From an uncultured Bacilli bacterium (GTDB lineage Bacteria; Bacillota_I; Bacilli_A; RFN20; CAG-449), in contig CANQWG010000005.1 of assembly GCA_947627505.1 (NCBI GenBank), forward strand, positions 1 through 52,641: a stretch of DNA of 52,641 bases, written 5' to 3'. The first letter of the stretch is position 1. Every line of letters starts with the position of its first letter. Under the pieces are notes generated by a model. That model made no database searches, was not told where the DNA came from, and saw only the letters and a program-made list of their open reading frames with translations. The translations under genes and the position numbers were made by a program. Shown here piece by piece: positions 17,500 to 28,157 of the stretch.

Positions 17500-18871
17500 A
17501 GAATATAAATATGGTTTTAAAGATAAGGATGTATCTATTGCCAAAACGGCGGTGGGGTTAAACGAAGATATTATAAGACAGATTTCCGAATATAAAAATG
17601 AGCCTGAATGGATGCTTGAATTTAGATTAAAAAGTTATAAAAAATTTTTGGAAATGAGTCTTCCTAATTATGGACCGAATTTAAAAAATCTTGATTTTAA
17701 TTCATACACTTATTTTACAAGACCGAGCAAAAAAGAAGAAAATAATTGGGACGATGTGCCAGAAACGATTAAAGAAACTTTTTCACGTCTAGGGATTCCC
17801 GAAGCTGAACAAAAATATTTGGCTGGAGTTTCTACGCAGTATGAATCTGAAGTCGTCTATCACAATATGCTTAAAGAAGTAGAAGAAAAAGGAATAATCT
17901 TTCTTTCTACTGACATGGCATTAAAAACATGTCCTGATTTATTTAAAAGATATTTTGGCTCTGTAGTTAATTATGACGACAATAAATTTGCGGCTTTGAA
18001 TGGAGCGGTATGGTCTGGTGGATCGTTTATTTATGTTCCTAAAGGAGTAAAACTCGAAAAACCTCTTCAATCTTACTTTAGAATTAATAATGAAAAAACG
18101 GGTCAATTTGAAAGAACGCTGATTATTGTCGATGAGGGTGCGGATGTGCACTATGTTGAAGGCTGTACGGCACCGATTTATTCAAAAGAATCATTACACG
18201 CTGCGGTAGTGGAAATTGTCATTTTAAAAGGAGGCAAATGTCGTTATTCCACTATTCAAAATTGGTCGAACAACATTGTCAATTTAGTTACCAAAAGAGC
18301 TTTGGTCCACGAAGATGCGATGATGGAATGGATCGATGGCAATATCGGCAGTCAATTGAATATGAAATATCCATGTTGCGTTTTAGCGGGTCCTCGGGCG
18401 AAAGGAACATGTATTTCTATCGCCGTTGCTGATCATTTGCAAGAGCAAGATGCAGGCGCTAAAATGATTCATTTAGCTGATGAAACAACTTCATCTATTA
18501 TTTCAAAATCTGTAGTGAAACGTGGAGGGATCGCTAATTATCGCGGAAAAGTATTCATCGCAGAAAAAGCTAAAAACTGTAAAGCCCATGTCGAATGTGA
18601 CACCTTGATTCTTGATAATATTTCTCGCTCTGATACGATACCGACGAATATTATCTCAAATAATACTTCTTTCCTTGAACATGAAGCAACCGTAAGTAAA
18701 ATCAGTGAAGATCAAATGTTCTATTTGATGAGTCGTGGCATCTCAGAAAAAGATGCTACTCAAATGATTATCATGGGATTTATTGAACCTTTTTCGCGGG
18801 AATTACCGATGGAATATGCTGTTGAATTGAATCAATTGATCAAAATGGATATGGAAGGTAGTATCGGATGA
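17486..18871 (+). CDS. sufB: Fe-S cluster assembly protein SufB
   Basis: [42 protein letters not shown]. Confidence 0.97.
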   Translation: MTMSEEYKYGFKDKDVSIAKTAVGLNEDIIRQISEYKNEPEWMLEFRLKSYKKFLEMSLPNYGPNLKNLDFNSYTYFTRPSKKEENNWDDVPETIKETFSRLGIPEAEQKYLAGVSTQYESEVVYHNMLKEVEEKGIIFLSTDMALKTCPDLFKRYFGSVVNYDDNKFAALNGAVWSGGSFIYVPKGVKLEKPLQSYFRINNEKTGQFERTLIIVDEGADVHYVEGCTAPIYSKESLHAAVVEIVILKGGKCRYSTIQNWSNNIVNLVTKRALVHEDAMMEWIDGNIGSQLNMKYPCCVLAGPRAKGTCISIAVADHLQEQDAGAKMIHLADETTSSIISKSVVKRGGIANYRGKVFIAEKAKNCKAHVECDTLILDNISRSDTIPTNIISNNTSFLEHEATVSKISEDQMFYLMSRGISEKDATQMIIMGFIEPFSRELPMEYAVELNQLIKMDMEGSIG

Positions 18872-20745
18872 AAGAGTACGATGTCATTGTTGTAGGCGGA
18901 GGTCATGCTGGAATGGAAGCAGCTTTTGCTGCTGCCCACATGGGATTAAATACTCTTCTTTTAACCTTGAATAAAAAAATGATGGCCAATATGCCTTGTA
19001 ATCCATCTATTGGTGGCTCCGCTAAAGGGATTGTCGTGCGTGAAATCGATGCTTTGGGTGGCATGATGGGAAAAGCTGCAGACCATGAGTATTTGCAGAT
19101 GAAAATGTTAAATACCGGAAAAGGGCCTGGAGTTCAATGTCTTCGTTGCCAAGCTGATAAAATCGATTATCCCGCTTATATGCAATATTTGGCTATGAAC
19201 ACAGAAAATTTAACGATTGCGGAAGAGATGGTTGTCGATTTGTTGCATGATGATTCGAAAGTCTACGGCGTTATCACGACAAACGGACAATACGAAAGTC
19301 AAGCCGTGATTTTAACGACCGGAACTTATATGGAAAGTGAAATTTTGGTCGGACATGAAGCAACCGTAGGTGGTCCTGATGGAGAAAAGTCAGCCCGCGG
19401 TCTTTCTTTGAATCTTCAAAAGATGGGAATTGAAATTTTTAGATTGAAAACCGGTACCCCTCAAAGAATTAAAGCTGAATCGATAGATTTTTCAATTTTA
19501 GAACCTCAATATGGTACTCAAGGAAACTTAGCTTTTTCTTATGAAACTGATAAATTTATTCCCCTTGAAGATCAAATCGTTTGCTATTTGACATACACTA
19601 ATGAAAAAACACATCAAATAATTCGTGATAATTTACATAAATCTGCCATGTATGGGGGCATTGTGAAAGGTGTTGGACCACGATATTGTCCAAGCATCGA
19701 AGACAAAATTGTGCGGTTTGCCGATAAACCACGTCATCAATTATTTTTAGAACCGGAGTCGCGAAAGACAAATTCCATTTATTTACAAGGATTTTCAACT
19801 TCGATGCCAAAAGAAGTGCAAGAAAAGATGGTGCATTCTTTGAAAGGATTGGAACACGCCGAGATTTTAAAATACGCTTATGCAATCGAATACGATGCAA
19901 TCGTTCCCCTTCAGTTTGATCACACTTTGCAAATAAAAAAATGGCCGGGACTATATTGTGCGGGACAAATATGTGGAACTTCAGGTTATGAAGAGGCGGC
20001 CGGATTAGGATTGATGGCGGGTATCAATGCTTCTTTGAAAATCCTAGGTAAAGATCCGCTTATTTTAAGACGAGATGAAGCTTACATCGGTGTGATGATT
20101 GATGATTTGGTGTTGAAAGGAACAAATGAACCATATCGACTTTTATCATCAAGAGCTGAGTATCGACTTTTAATACGTCACGATAATGCCGATTTAAGAT
20201 TGACGGAATATGGACATCAAATCGGATTGATTAGTGAACAAAGATATGCTAAATTCTGTGATAAAAAAGCAAAATTAGAAGAGAACGAAAAGATCTTAAG
20301 AACCACTTTTTTAACGGATTCTAAAGCTCTTTTAGAATATCTTCAAACGCTTGGTTATAGTGATTTCAAGGCTGGTACTTCAGCTGCGAACCTTTTGAAA
20401 AGGCCATTAGTTAAATATAGTGACATAAAACAATTTGTTCAAGGTTTAAATGAACTTGATGAAATCGGCATGATGCAACTTGAAGTAATCATCAAATATG
20501 AAGGTTATATTGAAAAGCAAAAACGGGAAGCAGAGCGTTTGATTAAAATGGAAAATATTGAAATTCCGGATGGTTTGGATTTTGATAATCTTGACGGGCT
20601 AGCATTAGAAGCAAGGCAAAAACTTAGTAAATTTCATCCTAAAAATATTGCGGAAGCTTCAAGAATCAGCGGAATTAATCCAAGCGATATAGCGATGTTA
20701 TTGATATATGTAAGGAGGTTTCGTGATGAACGAAATAGAATTTAA
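18868..20745 (+). CDS. mnmG: tRNA uridine 5-carboxymethylaminomethyl modification enzyme
   Basis: [43 protein letters not shown]. Confidence 0.98.
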   Translation: MKEYDVIVVGGGHAGMEAAFAAAHMGLNTLLLTLNKKMMANMPCNPSIGGSAKGIVVREIDALGGMMGKAADHEYLQMKMLNTGKGPGVQCLRCQADKIDYPAYMQYLAMNTENLTIAEEMVVDLLHDDSKVYGVITTNGQYESQAVILTTGTYMESEILVGHEATVGGPDGEKSARGLSLNLQKMGIEIFRLKTGTPQRIKAESIDFSILEPQYGTQGNLAFSYETDKFIPLEDQIVCYLTYTNEKTHQIIRDNLHKSAMYGGIVKGVGPRYCPSIEDKIVRFADKPRHQLFLEPESRKTNSIYLQGFSTSMPKEVQEKMVHSLKGLEHAEILKYAYAIEYDAIVPLQFDHTLQIKKWPGLYCAGQICGTSGYEEAAGLGLMAGINASLKILGKDPLILRRDEAYIGVMIDDLVLKGTNEPYRLLSSRAEYRLLIRHDNADLRLTEYGHQIGLISEQRYAKFCDKKAKLEENEKILRTTFLTDSKALLEYLQTLGYSDFKAGTSAANLLKRPLVKYSDIKQFVQGLNELDEIGMMQLEVIIKYEGYIEKQKREAERLIKMENIEIPDGLDFDNLDGLALEARQKLSKFHPKNIAEASRISGINPSDIAMLLIYVRRFRDERNRI

Positions 20746-21433
20746 AAAGGCCTTACAAATAATCGGTTTAGAATTAAGCGAGAATATGCTTTTCCAATTG
20801 AAACAATATCTAGAGTTGCTACAATCTTACAATAAAGTGATGAATTTAACCGCTATTGATAGCGAAGAAGATATCTACGAAAAACATTTTTACGATTGCT
20901 TGCTAGTTGCTCCGTTTCTTGCTTCTAAACCTTGTTTAAATATTGCTGATATTGGAAGTGGCGCGGGTTTTCCAGGGATTCCGTTAGCAATCTATTTTAA
21001 AGATAAAAATTTTACTTTAATTGAACCTTTAATTAAACGAGCAAATTTTTTAAAAGTCGTGATTGAAACTCTGAATCTTCAAAACGTTAAAATAATAGCT
21101 AAAAGAAGCGAAGACTTGTGTAAAGATCATAAGGAGAGTTTTGATATTGTGACGGCCCGCGCAGTGGCTAAACTTCCCATATTATTAGAATTGGCGATAC
21201 CATTAGTCAAAGTCGGTGGCTATTTTATCGCTTTAAAAGGTAAAAATGCTTTAGAAGAACTAGAGGCATCTAATAACGCTTTAAAAATTTTAAATGCAAA
21301 AATTGTTGACCGGCAACAATCGTTTTTACCGACTAATGGTGATGAAAGAAATAATTTAATTATTTTAAAAAATTCCAAAACCGATGATAAATATCCAAGA
21401 AATTATTCCAAAATAAAGAAAATGCCGCTTTAA
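20726..21433 (+). CDS. rsmG: 16S rRNA m7G527 methyltransferase
   Basis: MNLTAI, KHFYDCL, DIGSGAGFPGIPLAI, TARAVA. Confidence 0.96.
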   Translation: MNEIEFKKALQIIGLELSENMLFQLKQYLELLQSYNKVMNLTAIDSEEDIYEKHFYDCLLVAPFLASKPCLNIADIGSGAGFPGIPLAIYFKDKNFTLIEPLIKRANFLKVVIETLNLQNVKIIAKRSEDLCKDHKESFDIVTARAVAKLPILLELAIPLVKVGGYFIALKGKNALEELEASNNALKILNAKIVDRQQSFLPTNGDERNNLIILKNSKTDDKYPRNYSKIKKMPL

Positions 21434-21467
21434 TGTGAGATAATAAAAAAGAAGTAGGAGAGAGAGT

Positions 21468-22226
21468 ATGGCAACGATAATCGCAATTAGCAATCAAAAA
21501 GGAGGCGTAGGAAAAACTACGACTTCAATCTCTTTAGCTTCCTCTCTAGTTCAATTAGGTAAAAAAGTTCTTTTAATTGATTTCGACCCTCAAGGTAACT
21601 GCTCTAGGGGTGTCGGTGTTGATCCCACTAGTTTAAATCGCACGATTTATGATGTTTTGGTTTCAAACTATGATATAAATAAAATTATTAAAAAGACTGA
21701 AATGAACAACCTTGATTTGATTCCGGCCAACTTAAAATTATCAACTACCGAATCGGCAATGGTGAATGCTTCAAATCCGTTTTTAATTTTAAAAAATAAT
21801 TTAGAAAAAATAATTGGAAAATATGATTTTATGTTCATCGATTGCCCGCCTTCGCTTGGCTTTTTAACAATTAACGCATTATGTGCGGCAAATAAAGTCA
21901 TTATACCTGTACAGTGTGAATATTTTGCTTTAGAGGGAATTGCTCAAGTTCTTTCATCGATTTCCAAAGTTCAAAGTAAGTACAATTCATCGCTTGAAAT
22001 TATGGGATTCCTTTTAACTATGTATGATCCTCGGACTCGGTTAGGAACGGAAGTTACAACCGAAATTCGCGGGTTGTTTAGAGAAAAGACTTTTGTAACT
22101 CAAATCCCACGAAATATTTCTTTGGCTGAAGCGGCAGCGCGAGGAAAACCGATTAATATCTTTAAACCGACAGCGTCAGGAAGCCTTGCTTATTTGTCTT
22201 TAGCAAAGGAGATATTGAATGGTTAA
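21468..22226 (+). CDS. parA: ParA/Soj ATPase
   Basis: NQKGGVGKTT, IDFDPQGN, IDCPPSLG, IPVQCEYFALEG. Confidence 0.95.
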   Translation: MATIIAISNQKGGVGKTTTSISLASSLVQLGKKVLLIDFDPQGNCSRGVGVDPTSLNRTIYDVLVSNYDINKIIKKTEMNNLDLIPANLKLSTTESAMVNASNPFLILKNNLEKIIGKYDFMFIDCPPSLGFLTINALCAANKVIIPVQCEYFALEGIAQVLSSISKVQSKYNSSLEIMGFLLTMYDPRTRLGTEVTTEIRGLFREKTFVTQIPRNISLAEAAARGKPINIFKPTASGSLAYLSLAKEILNG

Positions 22227-23046
22227 AAAAGAAAAGAATTTGCAAAATCCTTCTCTTGCAGTTCTTATTGATCGCTACAGTGATAATGACATTATTTCAC
22301 TTATAGAAAACGATTTTAAAAAAGAAACAATTATAAATGTTCCTTTGGAAGATGTCACTTTTAATCCATTATGTAAACATTTTTTGGTTATGGATGAAGA
22401 TGTCATAGATATGACTCAATCAATTAAAGAAAATGGTATATTATTACCATTATTAGCACGAAAAGTTGGCGATAAATATGAAGTAATATCCGGATATAAA
22501 CGTTTTTTTGTCGCTAGAAAACTTAAACTAAAAGAAGTACCTTTGATGGTAAGACCAATATCTGATGATTTAATGATTTATATGGTTTTAAAACATCACG
22601 CCAATGATAGCAGAATTTCTATTTTAAATAAAGCCTACGCTTATCGAGCAGCAGTAAAGAAGTTCGGCATCAGCCGAAATGATATTGCGATTATGACTCA
22701 TCAATCTTTGAGCCATATCGTCAATTCTTTAAGAATTTTAAAATTGTCAAAGCCGGTCTTGGATGCCCTCCGTCGAAATGAAATTTCGTTTGGTCATGCT
22801 CGTGTTTTAGTTGGTTTAAAAGAAGAGGAACAAGAAAAAATTCTTGCAATAGTTATCGAAAAAAAATTATCAGTCAGAGCTGTAGAAGATTTAGTATCTT
22901 GTTTAAACGGAAGTAATTTAAAATATGAAACACAGCAAAAACTTGAAGAAAAATATGATATAAAAGTGCGAATTACGAAAAATAGAGTCACGTTAGAATT
23001 TCCCTCTGAAGAGGAATTAGATAATTTCATAAAAAAATTGTTGTAA
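22219..23046 (+). CDS. parB: ParB/Spo0J-family protein, divergent
   Basis: SIKENGILLPL, YEVISGYKR, HTH, ISFGHARVL, LSVRAVE; follows parA. Confidence 0.8.
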   Translation: MVKKEKNLQNPSLAVLIDRYSDNDIISLIENDFKKETIINVPLEDVTFNPLCKHFLVMDEDVIDMTQSIKENGILLPLLARKVGDKYEVISGYKRFFVARKLKLKEVPLMVRPISDDLMIYMVLKHHANDSRISILNKAYAYRAAVKKFGISRNDIAIMTHQSLSHIVNSLRILKLSKPVLDALRRNEISFGHARVLVGLKEEEQEKILAIVIEKKLSVRAVEDLVSCLNGSNLKYETQQKLEEKYDIKVRITKNRVTLEFPSEEELDNFIKKLL

Positions 23047-23125
23047 CAGCTTTTATCTTATTTATATATGACTACTTTTCAAATTTTATTTATGCTATAT
23101 TTAATTTGAAGAAAGGAGTCGAAAA

Positions 23126-24226
23126 ATGAAGAAAAATGTATTTTATTTTTTAAAGCATTACGGAAACGTTGCTTTTGAAGATTTTTCATTCAATGAAGTT
23201 GATAGCTTGATTATGGCGCAACTTTCTTATTTAAACTTTCACGATTTTGCTCCTTCTTTAAGTGATAATATGACACTTTCTTTGTCGGAAATAGTATGCG
23301 ATGACTTTGTTAAATATAAAATCTGTGAAAATACTTTAGACGAAAGATTAAATCGAAAATTGATAGATCACATCAAAGTTTCTAAACGTTATCAAGATAT
23401 GAAAATAGGTTATGTTTCTGATCAATTTAGCGTTAGAAAAGATAAACAATTTTTTTCATTGACTTTTGTTTTTAAAAATTTTATTTATATAGCGTTTAGA
23501 GGTACTGATCCGACTTTAATTGGCTGGAAGGAAGATTGTCAAATGTCTTTTATGGACATTGTTCCAGCTCAAGAAGAAGCGAAGAAATATCTAGAAATCA
23601 TTTCAGAGATCTTAAAACCATTGCCGATAATTATTGGTGGTCATTCTAAAGGTGGTAATTTAGCATATTATGCTTCAGTAATGGCGGATATTAAAATTCA
23701 TGAACGAATAATTCAAATTTACAATCATGATGGGCCGGGATTTAAATCTGAGAAGTTTTTTGAATCTGAAAGTTTTAAAAGCTTAGAAAATAAAATGATT
23801 AAAATGATTCCCGATGATCCGATGGTGGGAATCTTGATGCACAACGGATTTAATTTTCGCATTATAAAGTGTTATAAGTTTAGTGTTCTAAAACATGATT
23901 TATATAATTGGCAAGTAAATAAAGACGGAAATTTGAAAATGGTTAAACAAATCGCTAAACGAGCTGAATTATTTAATAGAGTCGTAAATGAATGGATCAA
24001 TTCGATTTGCGAAGAAGACAGAAAGGAATTCGTTGACATTTTATTTGACTTAATCGGCGCTAAAAGTTCAATCGGTATTTTTGATATCAAAAAGCATCCG
24101 TTCATTTTTATAAGAATGTTTCATCGTAATTTAAAACAGTTACCAGAACAAAAAAGGAAATTTTTAAAGGAAACTTTATTTAAGTATCGATTAATCGAAA
24201 AACGTTTGAAAAAGGAAATGGTATAG
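23126..24226 (+). CDS. DUF2974/Mbeg1-like alpha/beta hydrolase
   Basis: FNEVDSLI, IAFRGTDPTLIGWKED, GGHSKGGNLA nucleophile elbow, DGPGF. Confidence 0.85.
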   Translation: MKKNVFYFLKHYGNVAFEDFSFNEVDSLIMAQLSYLNFHDFAPSLSDNMTLSLSEIVCDDFVKYKICENTLDERLNRKLIDHIKVSKRYQDMKIGYVSDQFSVRKDKQFFSLTFVFKNFIYIAFRGTDPTLIGWKEDCQMSFMDIVPAQEEAKKYLEIISEILKPLPIIIGGHSKGGNLAYYASVMADIKIHERIIQIYNHDGPGFKSEKFFESESFKSLENKMIKMIPDDPMVGILMHNGFNFRIIKCYKFSVLKHDLYNWQVNKDGNLKMVKQIAKRAELFNRVVNEWINSICEEDRKEFVDILFDLIGAKSSIGIFDIKKHPFIFIRMFHRNLKQLPEQKRKFLKETLFKYRLIEKRLKKEMV

Positions 24227-24286
24227 TTTATCTAAAAACTAATAATCAAATGTTCTTAAATTTTTTTAGCAAAATATAATTTTAAT

Positions 24287-25306
24287 ATGAAAAAAATTAT
24301 ACTATTTTTTGTTTGTCTATTAACTTTTTTTAGCAATTCTAAACCAAACATCATCAATGCGGAAACTTCGTATTATGCTAGAAATTACATTGTTATGGAT
24401 AGTTATTCACACGAAGTTTTGGAAGGCAAAGATATCAATTCGGCATATTCAGTAGCATCGATATCTAAAATTATGACAGCGATTATTGCTTTGGAAAGTG
24501 ACAAATTATTTAATGTTATCGAGGTCGACGAAATAATCAAGACAATCGAAGGATCTTCAGTTTATTTATCGATAGGAGATAAAATTACAATTCTTGATTT
24601 AGTATATGGATTGTTATTAAGAAGCGGAAATGATGCCGCAGTTTTAATAGCGGATAATGTGGCTAAAGATATTCCTTCTTTTGTAATAAAAATGAATCAA
24701 AAAGCTCATGAAATCGGAATGAAAAATACGACATTCCACAATCCTTCCGGTTTAGATATTTTTGATGAAGGTAATATTTCTTCTTGTTATGACATGGCTT
24801 TATTAATGGCATATTGTATGGAAAATGAATTGTTTCAACAAATTGTAAGTACGACTACATATACCAACCCTATTAAGGGAGTGTGGATCAATAAAAACAA
24901 ATTGTTAAGACAATATCAATATTGCATCGGAGGTAAAACCGGATATACGACTAAGGCCAAAAGAACCTTAGTTACCGCTGCACAGAAATATGACCAAAGA
25001 CTAATTGTCGTTACGTTAAACTGTGGTAGTGATTTTGCTTTTCATCGTGCGCTCTATGAAAAATATTTTAATCAAAGCATTTATATTGTTTATCTAAATA
25101 AAGGTAAAAATTATATCGATGATTATTTAATTGAAAGCGATCGAGTGATCGGTATGCGAATTTGTTATGAAGATCTTGAAGGAGGAATAAAGCTTTATAA
25201 GATTAATATATCCGAAGGGACGATAACCATCTTTTTTGCAACGAAAACCAAACTTTTAAATGGTGGCGTCTATCAAGGGGTGAAATTAATAAGTCAAGAT
25301 AATTGA
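24287..25306 (+). CDS. dacB: D-alanyl-D-alanine carboxypeptidase (peptidase S11, DacB-like)
   Basis: ASISK, SGNDAA and GGKTG motifs; signal peptide; upstream of spmA/spmB. Confidence 0.8.
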   Translation: MKKIILFFVCLLTFFSNSKPNIINAETSYYARNYIVMDSYSHEVLEGKDINSAYSVASISKIMTAIIALESDKLFNVIEVDEIIKTIEGSSVYLSIGDKITILDLVYGLLLRSGNDAAVLIADNVAKDIPSFVIKMNQKAHEIGMKNTTFHNPSGLDIFDEGNISSCYDMALLMAYCMENELFQQIVSTTTYTNPIKGVWINKNKLLRQYQYCIGGKTGYTTKAKRTLVTAAQKYDQRLIVVTLNCGSDFAFHRALYEKYFNQSIYIVYLNKGKNYIDDYLIESDRVIGMRICYEDLEGGIKLYKINISEGTITIFFATKTKLLNGGVYQGVKLISQDN

Positions 25307-25360
25307 TAAATATCAAAAAGTGTCATATAATATTAATACCCCCACAGGGAGGGGGGATAC
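25303..25360 (+). promoter_or_regulatory. SigA promoter plus CsoR operator
   Basis: TTGATA-17-TATAAT, then ATACCCCCACAGGGAGGGGGGATAC C/G-tract pseudo-palindrome typical of CsoR operators, overlapping the SD. Confidence 0.7.
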
Positions 25361-25361
25361 A

Positions 25362-25622
25362 ATGACAAAATACAAAGAAGCAGCAATTACACAGATTAAA
25401 ACAGCCCGAGGACAAATAGACGGAATTTTAAAAATGATTGACGAAGAAAGATACTGCATCGATATTTGTGTGCAACTTCAATCCGCTATGGCAATTTTAA
25501 AAAAGGCGGAACTTTTGATTTTGGAAGGTCACATTAAAGGATGTGTAAGAGCAGCCTTAAAGCAAGGCGATGCCGAAGAAAAAGTTGAAGAAATCGTAAA
25601 ATTATTAGGAAAAGCACTATGA
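25362..25622 (+). CDS. csoR: Copper-sensing repressor CsoR
   Basis: GQIDGILKMIDEERYCIDI...HIKGCV (Cys-His-Cys ligands). Confidence 0.9.
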   Translation: MTKYKEAAITQIKTARGQIDGILKMIDEERYCIDICVQLQSAMAILKKAELLILEGHIKGCVRAALKQGDAEEKVEEIVKLLGKAL

Positions 25623-28087
25623 CGGAAGTAAAACTAGAAATTACAGGGATGACTTGTTCCGCCTGTTCAAGCACCGTTGAAAAATCTTTAAAAAAGGTTG
25701 AAGGAGTTATAAGCGCAGAAGTTAATCTTTTAACTAATAGTGCAAAAGTATCTTTTGACGAGCAAAAATGTGATATCGATAATTTAATCAATGCTGTTTC
25801 TAAAGCAGGATATGGAGTTGCTCAAAAAAAACACCGGGAATCAAGTGAATTAAAAAAATACGATGAAAGTGCCAAAAAAACCAAGGAACGTCTTTTGGTT
25901 TCGATTTGCTTTTTAATTTTATTAATGTATGTGTCGATGGGGCATATGATCGGATTACCATTGCCACCATTTATTGCTGGAGAAGAAAACATTATTACGT
26001 TTGCTTTTGTTCAATTTCTCTTAGTGCTTCCGATTGTTTTCTATAACCGAGAATATTATATTTCCGGCTTTAAAAAATTATTTCATCTATCTCCGAATAT
26101 GGACACTTTAGTGGCTATTGGCTCTACCGCGGCTTTAATATATGGAATATTTGCGATATGCAGGATCGGAAATGCTTTAGCGGTTCAAGATTTAGCAACA
26201 GTTCAAGCATATCATATGGATCTTTATTTTGAATCGGCGGGAACAATTTTAACTTTGGTCACCGTAGGCAAATATCTTGAGAGTCGCTCGAAAAAAAAGA
26301 CGAGCGAAACTTTAGATAAATTAATGAACCTTTCACCGAAAACCGCTTTAAAAATTCAAAATAATCTCGAAATTGAAACTCCCGTTGAAAATATCATGAT
26401 CGGTGATATCCTACTTTGTAAACCCGGAATGGTTATCGCTTGCGATGGAGTGGTTGTCGAAGGAGAATCGACTATCGATGAATCGATGATAAGCGGTGAG
26501 AGTATGCCGGTATATAAATCTAAGGGTAATAATGTCTTTTCAGGATCGATAAATACTGTAGGTACTATCAAATATGAAGTTACAAAAAGAAATGAAGATT
26601 CAACTGTAGCGACGATTGTAAAACTTGTCGAGGAAGCTTCGGCATCAAAAGCTCCGATTTCTCGATTTGCAGATAAAATCAGCGGAATTTTTGTTCCATG
26701 TGTGATTGGAATAAGTATATTAGCCACGATTATTTGGTTAATATGTGGTGCAACTGTAGAATTTAGTCTTTCCATTGGAATTTCTGTTTTGGTCATCTCA
26801 TGCCCATGTGCCCTTGGCTTAGCGACACCTTTAGCAATTATGGTAGGTACCGGAGTAGGCGCTACCGATCATATATTAATAAAATCAGCAACAGCTTTAG
26901 AAAATCTTCATAATGTATCGTATGTTGTATTTGATAAAACCGGAACGATAACTGAAGGAAAACCGAAAGTTCAAACTGTTCTATTTAAAGAAGATAATAA
27001 ACAAGAAATTCTTTCAATTATTATGGGGTTGGAACAATTGTCTTCACATCCTTTGGCAAATGCAGTAGTATCCTATTGCAAAGAAAATAATATTGAAATT
27101 GCCACGATTTCAGATTTCGAAACGATAGTCGGCAAAGGAATAAAAGGAGTTTATCAAGGTGAAGAATATTATTGTGCTAGTTATTCTTATGCAATAGAAA
27201 AGGGCCTATCTTTTGATGAAAAAGACCTTGCCGCTATACAAAAAGAGGGCATGACTTTATTGGTTTTCTTTTCTGAAACTAAAATTTATGCTTTACTTGG
27301 TGTCAGTGATACGATCAAACCATCAAGTGCTGAAGCGATACGAAAGCTAAAAGATTTGGGAATCAAAACATTGATGCTTACAGGCGACAATGCTGCAAGC
27401 GCGAATTATATTGCTAAGCAACTTGAATTAGATGAAGTTAAATATGAAGTGCTGCCGGAAGAAAAAGAAAAAGTTATCGCAGATTTACAAAAAAAAGGAT
27501 TTAAGGTTGCGATGGTTGGCGATGGAATAAATGATTCAATCGCATTGACTAAAGCGGATATCGGCATAGCAATCGGTGCCGGCTCAGATATTGCTATTGA
27601 TTCGGCTGATGTTATTCTAATGAGAAGTGACTTAATGGATGTCATTGATGCGATTAGATTAAGCAAAAAAACGATTAATAATATTAAGATGAATCTTTTT
27701 TGGGCTTTCTTCTACAACGCGATTGGAATTCCGCTTGCAGCAGGAGTGTTATATCAGCCATTAGGCTTAAAACTAAATCCGATGATTGCCGCGGCGGCGA
27801 TGAGTTTATCAAGTGTTTGTGTTTGCTTAAACGCTTTGAGAATAAAAAGTTTCAAACCATCAATAAGAAAGGAGGAAGAATTTATGGAAAAAAACTTTAT
27901 TGTTGAAGGGATGATGTGTGAGCATTGTGTTAAACACGTTAAAGATGCTTTATTGTCATTGCCTAATGTTACGGAAGTAGAAGTCAATTTGAAAACTAAA
28001 GAAGTCAAATTGAAAAGCAAAAACCCTTTAGATAACGAAGTGATCAAACAAAAAATTCAAGAAGCTGGTTACGAAGCGATTTTTTAA
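25619..28087 (+). CDS. copA: Cu(I)-exporting P1B-ATPase with N- and C-terminal HMA domains
   Basis: GMTCSAC, CPC, DKTGT, GDGIND, YN and MSLSS motifs, C-terminal GMMCEHC. Confidence 0.95.
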   Translation: MTEVKLEITGMTCSACSSTVEKSLKKVEGVISAEVNLLTNSAKVSFDEQKCDIDNLINAVSKAGYGVAQKKHRESSELKKYDESAKKTKERLLVSICFLILLMYVSMGHMIGLPLPPFIAGEENIITFAFVQFLLVLPIVFYNREYYISGFKKLFHLSPNMDTLVAIGSTAALIYGIFAICRIGNALAVQDLATVQAYHMDLYFESAGTILTLVTVGKYLESRSKKKTSETLDKLMNLSPKTALKIQNNLEIETPVENIMIGDILLCKPGMVIACDGVVVEGESTIDESMISGESMPVYKSKGNNVFSGSINTVGTIKYEVTKRNEDSTVATIVKLVEEASASKAPISRFADKISGIFVPCVIGISILATIIWLICGATVEFSLSIGISVLVISCPCALGLATPLAIMVGTGVGATDHILIKSATALENLHNVSYVVFDKTGTITEGKPKVQTVLFKEDNKQEILSIIMGLEQLSSHPLANAVVSYCKENNIEIATISDFETIVGKGIKGVYQGEEYYCASYSYAIEKGLSFDEKDLAAIQKEGMTLLVFFSETKIYALLGVSDTIKPSSAEAIRKLKDLGIKTLMLTGDNAASANYIAKQLELDEVKYEVLPEEKEKVIADLQKKGFKVAMVGDGINDSIALTKADIGIAIGAGSDIAIDSADVILMRSDLMDVIDAIRLSKKTINNIKMNLFWAFFYNAIGIPLAAGVLYQPLGLKLNPMIAAAAMSLSSVCVCLNALRIKSFKPSIRKEEEFMEKNFIVEGMMCEHCVKHVKDALLSLPNVTEVEVNLKTKEVKLKSKNPLDNEVIKQKIQEAGYEAIF

Positions 28088-28157
28088 AAATTAAGTAAAA
28101 TAAAAATAGTTTTATCGATTAGAAAAATCTTTTATAATTAATAAAGGAGTATCCTCG

